This document shows, in pieces, positions 25,366 to 29,195 of a DNA stretch of 29,195 bases. The DNA comes from an uncultured Myxococcales bacterium (GTDB lineage Bacteria; Myxococcota_A; Polyangia; Haliangiales; Haliangiaceae). Position 1 is the stretch's first letter. Each line of letters starts with the position of its first letter. Both the position numbers and the translations under genes were made by a program. The DNA lies in NCBI GenBank assembly GCA_938004865.1, contig CALKVT010000185.1, forward strand, positions 1-29,195. Direction: 5' to 3'. The notes below the pieces were generated by a model. That model saw only the letters and a program-made list of their open reading frames with translations, had not been told where the DNA came from and did not search any database.

Positions 25366-25391
25366 GAAGGCCGGTGTCGCCGCCGGCCTTC
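25366..25391 (-). terminator. Intrinsic terminator hairpin between convergent genes.
   Basis: GAAGGCCGG (25366-25374) pairs with CCGGCCTTC (25383-25391) around an 8-nt loop. On the minus-strand transcript it is followed by UUCAUUUUCGG. It lies 20 nt past the stop of CDS 25411..26733 and 50 nt past the phoD stop. Confidence 0.65.
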
Positions 25392-25410
25392 GTGCTTCCG
25401 GACTCCCGGC

Positions 25411-26733
25411 TCAGTTCTGCGGGATGTTGGTGAAGCCGACCTCGGCGTGACCACCCGCGATCAGCACCGTGTTCGGCGGACCCGACATGTTCGTCGCACC
25501 CGCCTGGTTCGAGCGGATGAACGACGTCTGGATGCGCGTGCCGCCGGACATCGCGCGCGTGAGGCGCGCCGAGTAGGCCGCGGGCACCGTGATGGTCGTC
25601 GCGCCGACCTCGATGCAGCGGATCTGGACGCGCTTGGTCACCGGCGGCGGGAACGAGAACGGCGACGGTAGGACCGTGGCGTCGGTCGTGATGATGTTGA
25701 GGATGCTGCCGAGCGACGTGCCACAGGCAGCCGCGTTGTCACAGCCGACGGTGAAGGCCGAGCCATCCGTCGGGATGGTCGTCGGAAGCACCTTCGCGAC
25801 ACCACCCACAGGCGCCGTGCCGAGCGTGAACGCATCGCCGATGCCATTCGCGCCGCTGAAGCCGAGGTTGGCGGGGAACGCCTCGAAGTTGGCGCTCGCC
25901 GCCTTCTGGAAGGTGATCATCTCGTTGTCCGCGAGGAAGCCCGAGGCCGGAGCGCCGGGGATCGGCCCGACACCGGCGAGGACGGTGTACGTGCCCGCAG
26001 TGGGCATCGCTGTCACTTCGACGCCAGCGAAGACGACGGCTGCGCCCATGCCCGCCGCGGGAACCATCACGATCGGCAGCGGTCCCGCGTTGTCCAGGAT
26101 GGCGTTGCCGGTGCCGCTGAAACGAATGTAGCGGCCGACGTCGAGCCCGTCGAACTTGTTCAGCGTGGTCGTGGCCATGGAGGTGAGGCTCGTGCCGGCG
26201 GACGCGATCGTCACGCCGTTGGCCGAGCCGCTGCTGGCGGTGTCGGGGCAGATGTAACCAACGCCCGCCTGGAAAACACACGGCGGGAAAGCGTTGCCTG
26301 CTTGCGCACAGGTGAACTGAGGGCCCGGGCCCGATCCGCAGACCTGGACGGGGCCCTGATCAGCACCGAAGCTGGCGACGAGCTGGGCCGGGGTGTACTC
26401 CCAGAGCTTGCAGCCGTCGGTCGGGTTGCCGGGCGACTCCTCCATGATCGGCTGCTGGGCCGATGCGAGGTCGGTGAACGAGATGCCGACCTGGATGCCG
26501 TGCCCGTCGACGCCGGCGCCGCCCTGATTGCGCAGGCGCACGTCGAACACGCTGATCGTGCCGGCGTGCGTGGCCGTCGGAGCGTCGATCGGAGGTGCGT
26601 CCGTCGGGGCGTCCGGGTTCGGGGCGTCGATCTGGATGGCGTCCGTGTCGTCGTCACCGCCGCCATTCGTAAGGTTGTCACCGCAGGCCGCTGCGCCGCC
26701 GAGGACGCAGACAAGCGAGACCAAGCGCTTCAT
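25411..26733 (-). CDS. Cys-rich secreted lipoprotein, function unknown.
   Basis: ATG at 26733 preceded by GGAGGA at 8-nt spacing. MKRLVSLVCVLGGAAAC is a lipobox-like signal. Has a DAPxxDAP-type linker, 12 Cys after the lipobox Cys, and a Gly/Thr/Ala-rich beta-like composition. The track's 27-codon extension is unnecessary. Confidence 0.8.
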   Translation of the reverse strand: MKRLVSLVCVLGGAAACGDNLTNGGGDDDTDAIQIDAPNPDAPTDAPPIDAPTATHAGTISVFDVRLRNQGGAGVDGHGIQVGISFTDLASAQQPIMEESPGNPTDGCKLWEYTPAQLVASFGADQGPVQVCGSGPGPQFTCAQAGNAFPPCVFQAGVGYICPDTASSGSANGVTIASAGTSLTSMATTTLNKFDGLDVGRYIRFSGTGNAILDNAGPLPIVMVPAAGMGAAVVFAGVEVTAMPTAGTYTVLAGVGPIPGAPASGFLADNEMITFQKAASANFEAFPANLGFSGANGIGDAFTLGTAPVGGVAKVLPTTIPTDGSAFTVGCDNAAACGTSLGSILNIITTDATVLPSPFSFPPPVTKRVQIRCIEVGATTITVPAAYSARLTRAMSGGTRIQTSFIRSNQAGATNMSGPPNTVLIAGGHAEVGFTNIPQN

Positions 26734-26897
26734 GATCAGTTCCTCCAGGGAGTACCGGGGTGTGCCGAGCCCAGATCCGGGACGGATACGGCCCCTAACC
26801 ATTCCTGAGGCCACTCTACGCCAGGTCGGGGGCGGATTGCCAAACCCGCGCCGGATAATGTGATCCCTGGCCCGTGGTGGGTGCCGGTGGGGGCGAC

Positions 26898-29195
26898 TCA
26901 GCGGGGGCGGCGGAGGACCAGCTGGTCGCGGCTCGTCAGGCGGTAGCCGCCCCGATCGTTGTCGGCGTCGAGGGAGAGCCCCGTGTCCTTGAGGAGCTGG
27001 CGGAGGCGCGAGACGTTGACGAACAGCGGGTTGTCGTGGCGGAGGGGGTCGTACTCCTGGCCCCAGGCGGCACGGGTCAGGTCGTCCTTGGACAGGGTCT
27101 CCGCCGGGCGCTCGGCCAGGGCGTAGAGGAGCTTGCGGAGGACGGGGCGGGTGGTGAGCGAGAGCACACGCGCACCGGCGACCACCTCGTGGCGCGCCGT
27201 GTCGATCACCACCGGCGGTGCCGCGCGGCCGGGCTCGACGTCGATCACGGCGAGGAGCGCGTCGAGGAGGTCGCTGTCGGCGGAGGCGAGGACGCGGGCG
27301 GCGGCCGTGCGCGCGCTCGTCCAGGCGCTGGCGTTGCCGGCGCGGCGCGCGACCAGGCCGCGCGCGAGGTGCGCGAGCGCGAGCTCGACGTGGTAGCCGT
27401 GGCGCTCCTCGGAGGGGTCGTCGCCGAGGGCGCGGGTGACGCCCGTGTCGTCGCCGCGGAGGGCCGCCGCGATCGCCTGGAACGCGCGCGTGCGCACCGA
27501 CGGCGACGGCGGGCCAGCCTCGTCGCGCACGGCCATCGCGAGCCGCGTCACCGGGTCGTCGTTGGCGGCGTTGTGCGCGGCGCGCGCGAGGACCGGCGCG
27601 CCCAGGGCGCGGGCGCGGTCGGCGACCGAGGCGAGGAGCGCGCGCGCCTCGACGCGGCGGCCGAGCACGTGGAGGATCCGGCCGGTGAACACCGACGTCC
27701 AGAGGACGCCGAGGACGTAGCCGGCCTCCTCGCTGCGCGCCGTGAGCGCGCGCAGGGCCTCGAGCGCCGCGAGGCGATCACCCGCCTCCCACTGGCGCAG
27801 GCCGCGCAGGGCCTCGGCGTGAATCTGCGAGAGCGGATCGACGTGGCCGGCGAGCGCCTGCTCCATGACCGACAGCGCGCGCGCGCTGTCGGCGGGCGTG
27901 GTCGCGACGTCGTAGGCGCCGAAGGCGAGGGCGCCGAGCGCCGCGGCGCGGTAGCCGTGCGCCGCCGGCGCGCGGTTGTCGGAGGTCGGCGCGCCGCGGC
28001 GCTCGCCGCCGACGGCGTAGCGATCCAGCCACGCGAAGTAGGTCGCCGTCGCCCACAGGAGCGCGCGGCCGGCGCCGTGGGCGGCGGTGGTGGCGGCGTT
28101 CATCTGCTCGAGCGCGGCGGCCGGCGCCTCGGTGTGGAAGCGGACGGCCGCGTCGAGGGCGGTGACGTTGGCCTTGCCCAGCGGCGCCAGGTTGGGGTCG
28201 GCGGCGGCGCGGGCCAGCGCCATGCGCGCGTCGGCGAAGCGGCCGGCGAGGAGCGCCAGCGTCGCCAGCGGCAGGAGCACGGCGCCCGACGGCGGGCGTG
28301 CGGCGAGGGCGTCGCGCAGGGCGCGCTCGCCGGCCTCGACGTCGACGAGGCGCACCAGCGCGCGCGCGTGGAGCGAGGCGACCTCGGGATCACGCAAGGA
28401 CGGCGGCAGCGCGCTGGCGATCGCGGCCAGCTCGCGCGACGCGCCCTGGTTGAGCAGGTCGTTCGCGCGCGCCACGAGGTGATCGCGCGCGTCGCGCGGG
28501 AGGCCGGCGTCCAGCCAGTGCTGCGCGACGGCGGTGATCGCCGCGACCGTCCGCTCGCCGGACAGGGCCGCCGCGAGCGCCGCCGCCAGCTCGGCGCGGG
28601 TCGCCGGCGAGAGCGTCGCCAGCGCCGCGTCGCGTACGAGCTCGTGGACGAGCGGGCGGCCCTCGCCGTCGAGGTCGACCAGGAGCGCGCGGCGCAGGTC
28701 GGTGAGCGCGGCGCGCGGGTCGGCGCCGCCGACGGCGGTGAGCGCCTCCGTCGGCAGCGGCACCCTGGCCAGCGCGATCGCGCCGAGGAGCCGCGCGCGA
28801 TCGGGCGCCAGCTGCGCCACCGCCGCGGCCAGCGGATCGGGGCCGCCGGGGTCGCCGGCGTGACGCCGCCGCAGGAGGAACGGGTTGCCGCCGGTCGCGT
28901 CGAACGCGCGCTGGAAGCCGCCGGTCGCGCCGCGCAGCTCGTCGAGCGCCGTCCACAGCTCGCGCGCCGCGCGCGCCGGCAGGCCGCCGAGGTGGATCTC
29001 GACGCGGTCGTAGCCCTGGGCCGAGGCCGGGCGCTCGCGCGACGTCGCGATGAGGCGCCCGCGGCCCAGGTGCGCGCCCAGCTCGCCCATGAGCCACGCC
29101 TGGTCCGCCGCGGAGAGCATGTGCAGGTCGTCGACCACCGCCATCGCCCCCGCCTGATCGAGCGCGCCGGCGAGCGCGACCGCGCGCTCCTCGTC
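26898..29195 (-). CDS. Large transcriptional regulator with an ATPase (Walker B visible) and helical/TPR-like repeats, ending in a C-terminal OmpR/PhoB-type winged-helix DNA-binding domain. It is 5'-truncated by the window.
   Basis: The frame is open to the right window edge (...AVALAGALDQAGAMAVVDDLHMLS resembles a Walker B 'hhhhDDxH'). About 500 aa of Ala/Leu-rich helical repeats. The C-terminus LSLTTRPVLRKLLYALAERPAETLSKDDLTRAAWGQEYDPLRHDNPLFVNVSRLRQLLKDTGLSLDADNDRGGYRL matches the Trans_reg_C pattern. Confidence 0.8.
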   Translation of the reverse strand, partial: DEERAVALAGALDQAGAMAVVDDLHMLSAADQAWLMGELGAHLGRGRLIATSRERPASAQGYDRVEIHLGGLPARAARELWTALDELRGATGGFQRAFDATGGNPFLLRRRHAGDPGGPDPLAAAVAQLAPDRARLLGAIALARVPLPTEALTAVGGADPRAALTDLRRALLVDLDGEGRPLVHELVRDAALATLSPATRAELAAALAAALSGERTVAAITAVAQHWLDAGLPRDARDHLVARANDLLNQGASRELAAIASALPPSLRDPEVASLHARALVRLVDVEAGERALRDALAARPPSGAVLLPLATLALLAGRFADARMALARAAADPNLAPLGKANVTALDAAVRFHTEAPAAALEQMNAATTAAHGAGRALLWATATYFAWLDRYAVGGERRGAPTSDNRAPAAHGYRAAALGALAFGAYDVATTPADSARALSVMEQALAGHVDPLSQIHAEALRGLRQWEAGDRLAALEALRALTARSEEAGYVLGVLWTSVFTGRILHVLGRRVEARALLASVADRARALGAPVLARAAHNAANDDPVTRLAMAVRDEAGPPSPSVRTRAFQAIAAALRGDDTGVTRALGDDPSEERHGYHVELALAHLARGLVARRAGNASAWTSARTAAARVLASADSDLLDALLAVIDVEPGRAAPPVVIDTARHEVVAGARVLSLTTRPVLRKLLYALAERPAETLSKDDLTRAAWGQEYDPLRHDNPLFVNVSRLRQLLKDTGLSLDADNDRGGYRLTSRDQLVLRRPR

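Noticed and set aside
22476-25454. 992-aa minus-strand ORF opposite phoD and the end of the pseudokinase gene.
   Set aside because: It is antisense to a PhoD gene with a Tat signal and metallophosphatase motifs. Its translation is R/D/G/V-rich with no motifs.

Overview
This is a 29.2-kb, very GC-rich bacterial chromosomal segment. Hand-counted 60-nt lines give 78-85% GC in core genes. The gene content (Hanks Ser/Thr kinase, several secreted TPR proteins, a PEGA protein, Tat-PhoD, a large ATPase/TPR regulator) looks myxobacterial, but that is inference only. I support about 26 protein-coding genes, one atypical tRNA-like gene, two hairpin terminators and several short repeats. Most of the very long ORFs in the six-frame track are Arg/Ala/Pro-rich shadow frames, as expected at this GC content, and I rejected them.

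Layout, left to right:
- a hypothetical gene
- two tandem paralogous membrane-protein genes (-)
- a Zn-ribbon/TM protein and a PEGA protein (+)
- a minus-strand operon of three translationally coupled secreted TPR proteins followed by panB-panC
- a TPR/T2SSE_N-like protein and a Ser/Thr kinase (+)
- a minus-strand string of PTH2-like protein, a 105-aa protein, a tRNA-like gene, an SNF2 helicase and a SWIM protein
- a giant DUF4157-headed protein (+) whose C-terminal part is in another frame and lower in GC, followed by three tightly packed unknown genes, one of them a pseudokinase
- Tat-PhoD (+)
- a Cys-rich lipoprotein (-)
- a 5'-truncated ATPase/TPR/OmpR-wHTH regulator (-)

The most interesting items:
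1. The 16.4-23.1 kb locus looks like a polymorphic toxin-immunity cassette. It has a frame break and a sharp compositional change inside the toxin gene.
2. A tRNA-like gene with a 19-nt anticodon arm (9-nt loop) sits directly downstream of a PTH2-like hydrolase gene.
3. A 15-nt palindromic motif, CGGTGGCTGACACCG, recurs at about 25-bp spacing in two divergent promoter regions and once inside a signal-peptide coding region.

All domain calls come from motif recognition by eye. No searches were run.
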